The position numbers and the translations under genes were made by a program. A DNA stretch of 62,288 nucleotides, the filler included, from Asterionella formosa (Eukaryota), in the NCBI GenBank assembly GCA_002256025.1. It is 4 parts of 4 records of this genome, joined end to end, with 100 filler letters (N's around TTAATTAATTAA, not from the genome) between each part and the next. Parts side by side here need not be neighbours in the genome. Positions count along the whole stretch, not along the records: positions 1 to 15,519 come from NKIB01005402.1; positions 15,620 to 31,113 come from NKIB01005413.1; 2 more parts are not named here. One strand, 5' to 3'. Positions 12,079-23,381 of this stretch are shown here, piece by piece (the stretch's first letter is position 1; every line of letters begins with the position of its first letter). Below the pieces are notes generated by a model. That model did not search any database. It saw nothing but the letters and a program-made list of their open reading frames with translations, and had not been told where the DNA came from.

Positions 12079-13344
12079 TCATGACAAATGACGAACTTGA
12101 AGTTTCACAAATCGATCCAATCCAAACATATCTTGGTGTCCACTAACAAAATCCACACCAATGGTTGTATCATGCTCCAACCATGTTTTGACCATGGAAG
12201 TATGACTTGGATTGACTTCCATAAAACAAAATGCTCCTGGAACACACCAATGCGGCAATTGATATATAATGTCACGAATGACATTTAATCCATCAATCCC
12301 ACCACATAGGGCTGTATGACTTTCAAAGTCCCGTACTGTCTTGTCCAATCCTTCCATATCTGCAGTTGGGATGTATGGTGGATTGCTCACTACCAGATCA
12401 AACAATCCATCGTCTGGTTGGTATTCTGCTGCAGAACATTGTATTGTTTGATACTTTGAAGAACCCTCACTAAGTATAGTTTTGGCATTCATCGTGGATG
12501 TAGAAATGGCAATAGGTTCCACATCAATAGCAGTAACATGAATGGCAGCATCCTTTGGAAGTGAATGTAACAAGGCAATTCCAATGGCACCCGTCCCACA
12601 TCCCACATCTAAAATACGAATTGTTGTTGAAGGTTGTTTGTGTGTTGCAGTCCTTGTTGCTGTACGAATATTTGTAATTTCCTCGGCCACCATGAGGACC
12701 AATTCTTCTGTTTCTGGTCTAGGACATAATAATGGTGAACGAACTTGAAGTGTAATGTCTAAAAAATCCCATTGACCCAGTATGTATTGAAGTGGTTCAT
12801 GACATTTCCCTCGTCGATGCAAATATCTTTGAAACGTTTGCAGTTGATCCATAGTCAAGTATCGATATGGTTGTTGATTGTTCCGAATGAGCCGATATCC
12901 ATTGTCCCAGGACAATTTCAATGTGTGTGCCAACAATTGTTCCACTGCTACAGTTGCTTCGGATGTATCCATGCATGATGACGATGATGGTGTCGTCTTT
13001 GTACCGGTAGTTAGATAGTCAATGGCATCTTGTTTAATCGTATGGATAGGTGTTTGTTCATTCCATTCGTAATGGCAGTATGCTGCAGTTGTAGCAGCAG
13101 TAGCAGCATCTGTATCTATCCTTGTCATTAGGAACCTGTTTCTATTATGAACTGGTAATGGACGAGGACGAATATAAATGGGAGAACGGACAAGGGCAAA
13201 ACACATTATACTCCTAATTCCTTTTTGTTGTTGTTGTTGTTGCTGTTTCCCACACAAGAAGAATGCCATTAGAATGACTACATACAATAAGGAACAATTC
13301 AATAGTCTTGGCAGTGGTATTCGTCTTGTAGGTTGATGGATCAT
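12079..13344 (-). CDS. hemK: Release factor glutamine methyltransferase (HemK/PrmC family), organellar
   Basis: EPLQYILGQWDF, LCPRPETEELV, ILDVGCGTGAIG and DLVVSNPPY motifs. Confidence 0.92.
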   Translation of the reverse strand: MIHQPTRRIPLPRLLNCSLLYVVILMAFFLCGKQQQQQQQKGIRSIMCFALVRSPIYIRPRPLPVHNRNRFLMTRIDTDAATAATTAAYCHYEWNEQTPIHTIKQDAIDYLTTGTKTTPSSSSCMDTSEATVAVEQLLAHTLKLSWDNGYRLIRNNQQPYRYLTMDQLQTFQRYLHRRGKCHEPLQYILGQWDFLDITLQVRSPLLCPRPETEELVLMVAEEITNIRTATRTATHKQPSTTIRILDVGCGTGAIGIALLHSLPKDAAIHVTAIDVEPIAISTSTMNAKTILSEGSSKYQTIQCSAAEYQPDDGLFDLVVSNPPYIPTADMEGLDKTVRDFESHTALCGGIDGLNVIRDIIYQLPHWCVPGAFCFMEVNPSHTSMVKTWLEHDTTIGVDFVSGHQDMFGLDRFVKLQVRHLS

Positions 13345-13725
13345 GACTCACTGTGCCGGTAGCAAGCAGCATTCATGTGGATGCATGGCGACGAAGGAAG
13401 AGGAAGGAGAACACCAAACAAAATGGCTTTTTATTGTTGTTGTGTTTTTCATGTATGCAGTAAGAATTTTACATACGATCATAAATAGGTACAGTACCCG
13501 GTAGGAATAGTCATACCTCCGGGTGCTCCAAAATTTTAATCTGTTCACTAAGATATTGCTGGGTACATATGATGTATTCTTTTATGGTCCGAACACTTTT
13601 TGATGGGCAGCGCGGGAAATATACAGGAGTGGTGCTGGAGTAAATCGGAGTGGTGTGCATAATCGTACACACAGTGGTACCAGTGGTACATAATATTAAA
13701 TACATCTATAATCAATGTACTTACA

Positions 13726-14853
13726 ATGAGCCTCTCACCTCAACAGTTGGACGAATTTATTCGCGATGGCGTCCTTGTTGTGGAAAACGTATTATCGCCC
13801 ATTGAATTACGTGATGCTCAATGTGGGTTGGTGGAAACATTGGCTCAATATGGGATTGATGAACATGACTTGGAAGGAACGGGACATCATTTGAAACAAT
13901 TAAGTTCAACGAATGGCAGTGGAGGTGTTTTGGACATTTTTTATCCAGCCTGGAAATTAAATGTAGCCACAAACCCTAATTTATTTGCAATGACTTGTCA
14001 ATTGTGGGAGGCTGCCTTTTCGAATTTCAACGACAATGAGAATGAGTATGAGATTGAAATTGAAATGGACAAGGAAACTCTGGAAAGTTTGGATACCATC
14101 AACCAACGCTACAAATGGCACCCATACGGACCATTCAATACGACCCAAGGATTCCTATACATGGATCGGATTGGATATCGTATCCCAACATGTCTTGCTG
14201 AAACTTTGGGTCAAAGATATAACCCATGCACCAAGAAAAAGAAAAAACTACCATTGCAACGATCCCTGACTCCTCATTTGGACTGTTGTCCTACGACCAT
14301 GTTTTCAAAAGATGCCAAAAAGTGGAGGCCCATTCAATGCATGGTATCACTCACTGACAATGTTCGTCCAAATACTGGTGGGTTTGAAGCTGCGCCTGGA
14401 TTTCATAAAATCTTTCATACCTGGGCACAAACAAGACCAACACCCATCAATACCAAACAACATCAACCTCATCACCATGATCAGCCAACATCACTTTGTA
14501 TCGGTGAATACACACACATTCGACCTACAGAAGACAAAGATGTCATGACAAGGATGCAACATATTCCCGTCCCAGCTGGAAGTGCCGTATTTTGGGACAA
14601 TCGGATCCCTCATGCCAATTCCTATCGGAATGATTCCAGGGTGGCACGTGCTGTTGTGTACTGTTCCTTCCTTCCCAATATACCACTGAATCAACACTAT
14701 GCTCAACAACAACTGTACAATTATATAAATGGGAAAAATCCAAATGATCAGTGGATCGATTCATCAGATACCAATGATGCATTCTTGGCGAAACTGCCAC
14801 AATACACATTTACTACTCTTGGCCGCAAACTCATGGGAATGGACCCATGGTAG
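13726..14853 (+). CDS. Fe(II)/2-oxoglutarate-dependent dioxygenase (PhyH-like)
   Basis: QLDEFIRDGVLVVENVL start, HxD in PHLDCCP, IQCMVSLTD...GGFEAAPGFH, and the distal His in VFWDNRIPHAN. Confidence 0.8.
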   Translation: MSLSPQQLDEFIRDGVLVVENVLSPIELRDAQCGLVETLAQYGIDEHDLEGTGHHLKQLSSTNGSGGVLDIFYPAWKLNVATNPNLFAMTCQLWEAAFSNFNDNENEYEIEIEMDKETLESLDTINQRYKWHPYGPFNTTQGFLYMDRIGYRIPTCLAETLGQRYNPCTKKKKKLPLQRSLTPHLDCCPTTMFSKDAKKWRPIQCMVSLTDNVRPNTGGFEAAPGFHKIFHTWAQTRPTPINTKQHQPHHHDQPTSLCIGEYTHIRPTEDKDVMTRMQHIPVPAGSAVFWDNRIPHANSYRNDSRVARAVVYCSFLPNIPLNQHYAQQQLYNYINGKNPNDQWIDSSDTNDAFLAKLPQYTFTTLGRKLMGMDPW

Positions 14854-15519
14854 TATATATAGTTTGGGTAATATAAGCAATATAGAAAAATATATTTATT
14901 AGCCATCAAGCAAGGAACAATTTGACATTAAGTCATTACTGATAGATTGCCAACCTTGAAGTGTTTTTTGGAGTCATGATCAGTCAGGATGAGGATACAT
15001 GGACTGAGAACACTCCATTTGATTCATAAACAACAACCTCTCTCAGCATGTTTCAAGTTCAACAAACCAACATCAATTTAAGTATTTATTGCACAAAGGA
15101 GAAATGAAACAAATGATTTCTCTATTGGAAAAGGAAATCTAGAACTACTGCTGGTATATGAAGAACATTGTGATGATGATTTTAAACAATGGCACTACAT
15201 AGGGTTGTATCAATTATTTTTTTTATGGATGATATTATCAGGTACAGTACATGGTGTTCAGGCAACTATTGTTAAGGGTTGCCTTCCCCCATGATGCTAC
15301 AAAGGATGAATGGTGATTCTTAAAATTAAAATATATGGACTTGCTTGTGATGCATGCATCTGAATTTGGCAAAGTCATCAGAAAGATAACTGGTCCCATG
15401 GACATTAAATGGTACTGTCATACATAGATTGCTGGTAAATTAATAGCCAAAATAAAATGAGACAACAATACTACAAGCAAATGTTCATAGAATTTTGACT
15501 TTTTTCCTCCTGAGCCTAC

Positions 15520-15619
15520 NNNNNNNNNNNNNNNNNNNNNNNNNNNNNNNNNNNNNNNNNNNNTTAATTAATTAANNNNNNNNNNNNNNNNNNNNNNNNN
15601 NNNNNNNNNNNNNNNNNNN
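15520..15619. other. Artificial scaffold-joining linker
   Basis: N44 + TTAATTAATTAA (stops in all six frames) + N44 = 100 bp. Confidence 0.97.
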
Positions 15620-15811
15620 GAGACCGCCGCCATGTTGGCAGACATGCTACATAATGATATATCGGTGTACCTGGTACCTGGTCCTTGTACCAGTACTGTG
15701 CACCTGGTTGGTACATGAAGTGATTACTACCAGATACCAGGTACCAGGTACCGTCAGCAATGGTCAATGATACCGCTAGGCTAGGAACGACACTTCGTTT
15801 CTCTGCTGGCA

Positions 15812-17654
15812 ATGAACAATTCCGAGCACCACCATCGCTATGGAGGCCACGAGATGGAAGTCGCAGCTGCTTTGGCTGCACAAGCTGGGGCTCCTCCTCG
15901 TTACTCCATGATGCGACATGGAAGTCAAGAAGCCTCACAAGCTGCGGCGAATCAGGGTGACGAGACAGGATTCCATGAACAGGACCAAGCCAACAATCTT
16001 TCAGGTCGGTCCGAATATAGCCAGTATCTCCAACCTCATTCGCAGCAGCAGCAACAACAACAACAGCAGCAGCAGAGCGGACCACCCCCTTCCACCTACA
16101 TGGGCTTGCCAGATAGACCGCCCATTAACATTGCACCAAACTTGGCACCGCTACGCATCCCTCCTCCAGGCGTGACCTTGCCCTCAATGGCGAATATCCA
16201 AGTTAGTGGCATTCAAACGACTCATATTCACCCCCACGATGTCTTGTGCGGCCGTGGCGGAGGAACTAACAACCACAATGGGAATGAAAAGTTTAGAGAA
16301 TTGGTCACGCAGCAGAAGGTCCTGTACTTGCATTCCAGCAAACGCGATAAGCCCTTTGTCAGCCGAGGCATTGTCCGAGCAGTGAGAGCTCAGAATCCAC
16401 CAGGACGCTTTTTGCAGAAGGATGAACTTACTGGATTGTGGTACGACATTGGCGATCAAAAGGCTCGAGAGAAGACTTCTCAAGCTTTGAGAGAAGGAGC
16501 TCCTGAAATTCGAAGGGAAATAACTGTAACTTCCACCATGGAACCAACTCCACCCTTGAGACCACAAATAATCCCACCATCCGGTTTCACATCAGCATCT
16601 CCTGGGGTTCAACCCTTGGTTCCCGCAATGACACCGAACCTGGCGCAACTTCGACAAATGCAGTTGCACAGAAAAATGGAAGATGCAGATTTCGCCAATA
16701 GACGAGCGGTGGCTGCCTTGGGGTATCCTGCACACTTGGCTGCCATGGTGGCGGCGGGAAGGGGAACAATGGGACAAACTGGTGGTTCCATGGGACAACA
16801 TGTGAGTGCTTTTTGGAAAATGCAAATGAAACCGTCAAATTTTGAGTGCCTTTCATCCATCGTTAACACTTTCTTCGTCGCAATAGCCATCTCACATGAT
16901 GGGATACAGCAGGGGACAGTTGCAACCGCATCAGGCACACTCAATGACACCTCAACATTTACATGCCGTAGCTGCTGCTGGTCGTCCCTATCCTACCACA
17001 ATGCCACAAAGACATGTGGGTCCACCGCATGCAAACTATTCCAATGTACCGAACCCACCATCACAACAGCCGCCTCCCGCCATGCAACGCAGGCTTTCAA
17101 TTTCGACCATAAAAGCCAGGAAGCAAGCCAACAACGCAACGGCTCGGACAATTATGGAGTCTAGTTCAAGGCGAAAGAATGGTGGCCAACAAAAGATCAC
17201 CAAAAGGGATGGACCGCAAGCGAAAGCATTAAATGTCGATGTATCACGTCGGTTGGTGTTGGCTGAGAATGTTGCACAGAAGACAATGAATGGCATGATC
17301 ACTGACGAACTCAAAGAGGAAGAACATCGAACTAGTTTGTATTTAGACGCTGGCCTCTTGGGAATCAAGCCTGAAGTCATCTCAAAGCTTACAAGCGAGG
17401 GAAAGACTGAGTTTCAAATTGTGGAAAAGTGTTACAGTCAATTGAAAGAGTCAATGGCACCAGTGGACGATGTCAAGGAGCAGCGAAAGCGAAAGGCTAC
17501 ACAAAGCATTCTTCAAAAGGCAAAGGTCCCCAAGTTCCCAGCTTTGGGGCCCCATGAAGAGCCTCTGAACACGACGGCGTGTACACTGAGATTATCGTCA
17601 GTTATTGAGTCTCTCTCTTCGATCGGTGCATTACAAGGGATAGATAAGGTCTAA
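15812..17654 (+). CDS. DUF6824-domain protein (diatom-expanded putative DNA-binding family); exons 15812-16801 and 16887-17654
   Basis: HPHDVLCGRGGGTNNHNGNEKFRELV...PPGRFLQKD...WYDIGDQKAREKTSQALRE. Intron GTGAGT...AATAG at 16802-16886 joins ORFs 15812 and 16896 in frame. Confidence 0.85.
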
Positions 17655-17751
17655 ATTCTGACTTGTTTAATAGATGTTATTTTATTTTATTGCATTTTTC
17701 TGTGAAGGGCAGCTTCTTTTTTTGCGCAATGGTTGTCGAAATCCTACGGTC

Positions 17752-18090
17752 CTAGTTGTTTCCTGGATAGGTTGAGTCCCTACCGAAAGCAATCTCGTCG
17801 AGACCTTGCCCAGCACGTGTGTATGTTCCCCCATTCTTGATGAAATTTGGACAAGGTCGGTATGGCTTGATGGGCCACCAGGGGAGGATCAGCGGTATCC
17901 CTCCAAGGATGCGCCCACTTCCATCGCAAAGATCACAATCTGGACATTTCACTGGTGGTGCTTCGCTGCTGGGCTCGGCTTGGGAGAACAATAACACAGA
18001 GGTTCGTCGTGCTGCTGGTGTGAATCCTGATGTCAACGTCAAGATGACGAATAGTAGGCACGAAATTAGGAGAGTGGAAGAACGCCTCAT
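17752..18090 (-). CDS. Small plastid-targeted Cys-rich protein (DnaJ-like zinc-finger type)
   Basis: Signal ending TSGF, CPDCDLCDGSG, RPCPNF and YTRAGQGLDEIAFG. Confidence 0.7.
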   Translation of the reverse strand: MRRSSTLLISCLLFVILTLTSGFTPAARRTSVLLFSQAEPSSEAPPVKCPDCDLCDGSGRILGGIPLILPWWPIKPYRPCPNFIKNGGTYTRAGQGLDEIAFGRDSTYPGNN

Positions 18091-19489
18091 TGTGTCCTTG
18101 GGTTTGCGATGACAATGATTTTAATTGNNNNNNNNNNNNNNNNNNNNNNNNNNNNNNNNNNNNNNNNNNNNNNNNNNNNNNNNNNNNNNNNNNNNNNNNN
18201 NNNNNNNNNNNNNNNNNNNNNNNNNNNNNNNNNNNNNNNNNNNNNNNNNNNNNNNNNNNNNNNNNNNNNNNNNNNNNNNNNNNNNNNNNNNNNNNNNNNN
18301 NNNNNNNNNNNNNNNNNNNNNNNNNNNNNNNNNNNNNNNNNNNNNNNNNNNNNNNNNNNNNNNNNNNNNNNNNNNNNNNNNNNNNNNNNNNNNNNNNNNN
18401 NNNNNNNNNNNNNNNNNNNNNNNNNNNNNNNNNNNNNNNNNNNNNNNNNNNNNNNNNNNNNNNNNNNNNNNNNNNNNNNNNNNNNNNNNNNNNNNNNNNN
18501 NNNNNNNNNNNNNNNNNNNNNNNNNNNNNNNNNNNNNNNNNNNNNNNNNNNNNNNNNNNNNNNNNNNNNNNNNNNNNNNNNNNNNNNNNNNNNNNNNNNN
18601 NNNNNNNNNNNNNNNNNNNNNNNNNNNNNNNNNNNNNNNNNNNNNNNNNNNNNNNNNNNNNNNNNNNNNNNNNNNNNNNNNNNNNNNNNNNNNNNNNNNN
18701 NNNNNNNNNNNNNNNNNNNNNNNNNNNNNNNNNNNNNNNNNNNNCTCTCCAAACTCGAAATTTTTCTCCTTTTCCAGCCGAAGTGATGAACAACCAATAT
18801 AAAATGACTCACTCAATAAATAGCTATCATTACGCTAACCTCAAATAATATATAATTAGGAACTATCAGAGCTCTAATACTATGTGTAAATGTATTTCAA
18901 GAATTTTGATCCATGGTAGTAGTCTAGTGAATATAGTACTCATTAACATGATTCATGATCCAAAAAATCAAAAAAGCTAGGATCATCAAGTTCTTTGAGA
19001 CATAAACTCTCCTGACATTTAACATCATGTCTGGTAATAATGTAGGAGGGGCTGACACAGTGATTCCCAAATGGTAAAAGCTCGTATAGAGTAAATTTGA
19101 GCTTTTAGCTTGGTTTAGGCTCATGACTTGTCAACCTGTAAGTATTATAACTTGAGACCCAAGGAGACTGGATTCAACCTTAGTAAATGTGTTTCAACTT
19201 GAGATATTGATTCTTGACAAGGCAACATGACTACTAATGACTAGTACACAAGATTGGAATAAATAAAAGGCTTCTGCACAAAGTACCTAAGAATGACTGA
19301 AGGTTTCCAGATAATCAGATGGTACTGTAACAGACTGGTCAACTTGGAATGTACATTCACAATTTCCTCACTTTTTTATTATCAGACTAATCAGCTGACT
19401 CTTCATCCTCACTTGAACTCTCATCACTATTACTTGAACTGCTTGAGTGTTTACTGCACCCCTGTAGACCACCCATAGAATGCCACATG

Positions 19490-19690
19490 TGAAAACATGG
19501 CAGAATTGCCAAAAAAGCAAATGAAAGCGAAAGTAGCTAAGCAAAACATGCTTACCAGTAGTACTGTGCTTCAAAAGTCAAGATAATTCTCCTCCTTGTC
19601 CAGCAGCCAAAGTGATGAAACCTATCTTAATTAATGATTTCAAAGTTGTTGGGATTGGAATTATGTAACTGCCAGCATCATCATCCATAA
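19490..19690 (-). repeat. Dispersed repeat (other copies at about 52195-52410 on + and a fragment at 18745-18795)
   Basis: The reverse complement TTCCAATCCC..CAACTTTGAAA..TT.ATTAAGATAGGTTT..GGACA.GGA.GAGAA aligns to 52224-52300. CTCTCCAAACTC.AAAT..TTCTCCT at 18745 matches the reverse complement of 52288-52318. Confidence 0.7.
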
Positions 19691-20074
19691 CAACTCCCTT
19701 TTCCCAATATAACTATTATTAAAAAACGAACTTCACTTATATGAAGGTTCCTGCATGATTTCAACCCAAAGGCATAAATTAATATATCACTTAGGGATGC
19801 CAAAATTCTCTGGAACTTTGAATCTTTATGAGCTGTTTTTGAATGACATGATTCCATTTGAAATATTGAAATCAGTGGAAATTTGCGCATATATACATAG
19901 AACCAATTTTGGTTGCATTCCGGATTCGTTTTTGGCATTTTGAACAATATGCCGCGACAAGCAGCCTACAACGGTCGCAAATTAAAGTAGAAAAATTAAA
20001 GATACATTCTAAAGGAAGAATGACTTTTATTTATTATTTGTTTATATGAGATACACCATGCCTCGAACATTTCA

Positions 20075-21129
20075 TTAAAACACGAAGAAATAGAGAGCGC
20101 ACGATAATGCAAGTGCTCCTTGGATTAACGCAGCTGTCGTATGCGATTCTCCGTCTAAACCCAGCATCGCCACAGTTTCTATTGCTGATCGAAAACCAAA
20201 CAGCATGGCTCCTACAAATGCACCTTGTTTTACAACACCACCTTGCTTCATGTTGAACAACTTCATCAACGGATCATTGTTCAATTCTGATTGGGCTTTT
20301 TGGAGTTCCGCAACGGCTTGTTGTACTTCAATCTCTTCGTTTTTAACATTGCCAATGATGCGCGACATGCTAATTCTTGCCGCTTCCATACGAGCTTGGT
20401 CGACTGCCATGGCAGCCTCGACACGCTTGGCAGTACGCTCTGCACTAGCTTGAGCCAGCATGTTCTAACGTGTTTATGTAATTGTCAGTGGTTGTCATGC
20501 CAAGGATTCAATAATGTTTAGAATAATCCACGTACCTGTTCCTTTCGTATGTCTTCCAAACTGGCCAACAGCTCATTGTTCCCATTGTCAAAGATGGCCT
20601 CAATTTCCTTCATCAAGTCCTTATCGTGCCTAATTGCATGTGCCAAATCAGCTGCACCTGGTGCTTCCGCCTGAATTTCTCGCATAGCTTGTTCAAGAGC
20701 TTGATTCATAAAATCATCTTGATTTCTATCCCCAAGCGTCGGCGTTTCTTTGTCGCTTCTTTGCATGAATTTTTCCCCAATTTCATTCTTGACAGTCTCG
20801 ACGAGTGCATTGCTGTCTTGATCGAGATCTTGATAGAGCTCTTGGTACAGCTTCAATTCTTCTTCTGGCGAAAGAGTGTCTGTCGTGAGGTCAATTCCCA
20901 TTATGGCTTTTTCCATATCTGCAGTATCTATTTCAAAGGTGGCGTCAATTGATTCTAGCTCATTCAACTGGGCAAATGCCATTTCCATGCCAAAATCATC
21001 AGCTTCTTTGGACAAGAGGCGACGAGTTCTGTCTTGAACCACGAGTCGAGGCGGTGCGAAACACTTTGCCACTGGCGCACTACTGAGAAGAGCTACCATT
21101 GTGATTGGGACGAGGAGTGATGGCGACAT
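20075..21129 (-). CDS. Hypothetical plastid-targeted membrane protein; exons 21129-20536 and 20464-20075
   Basis: Signal ending VAKCFAP, an acidic coiled-coil middle and two C-terminal hydrophobic helices. Intron GTACG...TTAG at 20535-20465 joins the two ORFs in frame. Confidence 0.75.
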
Positions 21130-21941
21130 GATGTTCCTTCTTGTAAACAAGCAATCAGCGACGAGGTGTTTGACCTGCAATTGTGGTAACAAACAGTCAA
21201 ACAGTCGAATCCTACTTCATCATATAGTAAAGGCGCAGGGCATGAAAGGCAGACGAACAACGAAAAACAAGCAAGAATATTAAAATATTGGTCGTCATGT
21301 GTTACCTATATAGTCCGTAGATACAGGCATGTACTCCGTAACTGGGAGGTGTCAACCGGTATGTAGCGTATGTGCCTGTAGTATTGTACAGTCTACTGCC
21401 TACGTACCTGGTTCACCCTGGTACCAGGTAGCAGTACCTGGTACACCTACATCTCGTAGAAGACAGTACTGGTGCTACTAACTACCGGTATGCGTATGCA
21501 GTTCGGATGGCTGGTCCTGGAGTGTCAAAGCAAGCCAGCAAAATCCCGATATGATTGATGCCTTGTCCGGTCTGTCCTTACCAGAATTCTTCGATGTGTA
21601 AAGTTAGCAGTGTCCGTGGTACCTGGTACCAGGTACCGGTAGCACTCCTGGTGCTCTGCCTATTTCCGGTACATATTTTTGCCTTCCGTACAGTCCTTGT
21701 TATGATACGGTGCACAAAACGACCGAATCCATACATAGATATAATCGGGATGTATTCCGGTACCGGTACTTGAGTTCTGTATTATTTTTATCGCTACATA
21801 CCGGTATGTAATACCGGTAGCCATCCAAAACTACTACCATGTACCGGTACAGACATTCTCATGGTCACAAAAACAAGCGTCACCCTGTTGGCATGAGTAA
21901 ATCATCTGTCGGTGCAGTCCACTACACACGTTGCTTCCACC

Positions 21942-23381
21942 ATGTACTGCGGCGATGAAACGGGTGCCTTCATAGGCGACGTCGCCTCTCATTGCTCTCG
22001 GTTTGGCTATGGCGGCGAAGATAATCCCAAAATGGTCGTGTCCAGCTTTGTCGGCGGCAGTCCAACAAAGCCATACGTCGCGTCGTCCTGCTACAATGTT
22101 CATGATGAGTTGCGACCCATTTACCGCATGGCGCAGGAAGCAACAGACGGACCGAATGTCGATCCAATTCATTACTTGCAACAGGGTGATATTGTACAAG
22201 ATTGGGATGCCTATGAACACATGTGGAAAGCGAGCTTTGGCGCGTTGCGAGTCAGCGATCGATACAAACACACAACGGGGGCCACCGATTCTCAAAACAA
22301 CGCGAAGGAGGGGAATGAGACTAGTACCAGTGAAGTAGTCCGCTCATCACAAACACCTGTAGAAGCAATTGCGCACCCGCTGCTTGCGGTCACGCCAGGG
22401 ATGACACATGTCATGGGGACGGCCTACGACAAGGCAGTCAAACGAGACCAGGTAGGGAGGCACACAGAGATCATGATGGAGTCATTGGCTGCACAAGCCA
22501 TGTTCTTAGCGCCGTCGCCCATGTTGGTAGCATTTGCGCATGGCAGGCAAACCTGCACGGTTGTCGACATTGGAGCCGGTGGAACGAGAGTTACGCCTGT
22601 TATTGATGGTCACCTGCTTCATCACGCGCAACGGCGCAGTGGAAGAGGAGGGGACTGGTTAGGGAATGTGACATGGAAGGCCATGCTAGAGGAGAATATT
22701 CAACTCAAGCCGAGGTATCTACTAAGGTCCAAATCAACATCAATGAATCGTGCATTTCACAATTGGGCGATGCGGGATTTACAATACGAGTTTCGAACGA
22801 CTTGCGATCAAGTTACGTTGGCTTCTTATCGAACGGATGCATATACCACACCCTTTCTATACGCTGAAAATGAAATGGACGAGAGTCAAACCGGAAGTGG
22901 CCCAGCCTATGTATTACCAGATGGAACAACTGTTGACTTGGGCACACGAATAGGCAAAGATCTCTGTCGACTGCCGGAATTATTTTTCACAGAAGATGTT
23001 CCCATGGTAGAAGAAGAAACGTCGCTACTGGAGCAACATCAAACTCTATCCAACGCACCAGTGCACAAGTTGGTACATGCATCACTAACAGCTGTCGGAG
23101 ATGTCGATGCTCGAAAAGAACTTGTTGGGAATTTGGTACTCACCGGTTCGTCATCACTCTTTCCTCATTTTGAACAACGTTTATCGTATGAATTGGGAGG
23201 AATTGTGACCGGAAACTACAAGTCTCGCATTATCGCGTCACGCAACTCAGTAGAACGATCGTGCTCGGCATGGATCGGAGCGTCCATTCTGACATCCTTG
23301 GGATCCTTTCAACAATTGTGGTTGTCGAAAACAGAATATGAGGAGTATGGAGCTACATTAGCTACTCAGAGGTTCCCCTAG
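21942..23381 (+). CDS. ARP4: Actin-related protein 4
   Basis: MYCGDETGAFIGDVASHCSRFGYGGEDNPK, VVDIGAGGTRVTPVIDG, YVLPDG, and SAWIGASILTSLGSFQQLWLSKTEYEEYG. Confidence 0.9.
   Translation: MYCGDETGAFIGDVASHCSRFGYGGEDNPKMVVSSFVGGSPTKPYVASSCYNVHDELRPIYRMAQEATDGPNVDPIHYLQQGDIVQDWDAYEHMWKASFGALRVSDRYKHTTGATDSQNNAKEGNETSTSEVVRSSQTPVEAIAHPLLAVTPGMTHVMGTAYDKAVKRDQVGRHTEIMMESLAAQAMFLAPSPMLVAFAHGRQTCTVVDIGAGGTRVTPVIDGHLLHHAQRRSGRGGDWLGNVTWKAMLEENIQLKPRYLLRSKSTSMNRAFHNWAMRDLQYEFRTTCDQVTLASYRTDAYTTPFLYAENEMDESQTGSGPAYVLPDGTTVDLGTRIGKDLCRLPELFFTEDVPMVEEETSLLEQHQTLSNAPVHKLVHASLTAVGDVDARKELVGNLVLTGSSSLFPHFEQRLSYELGGIVTGNYKSRIIASRNSVERSCSAWIGASILTSLGSFQQLWLSKTEYEEYGATLATQRFP

Noticed and set aside
5053..13344. 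Translation-related gene cluster (AsnRS, EF-1beta, HemK)
   Set aside because: Different compartments and strands, with unrelated genes between them; no sign of a functional cluster.
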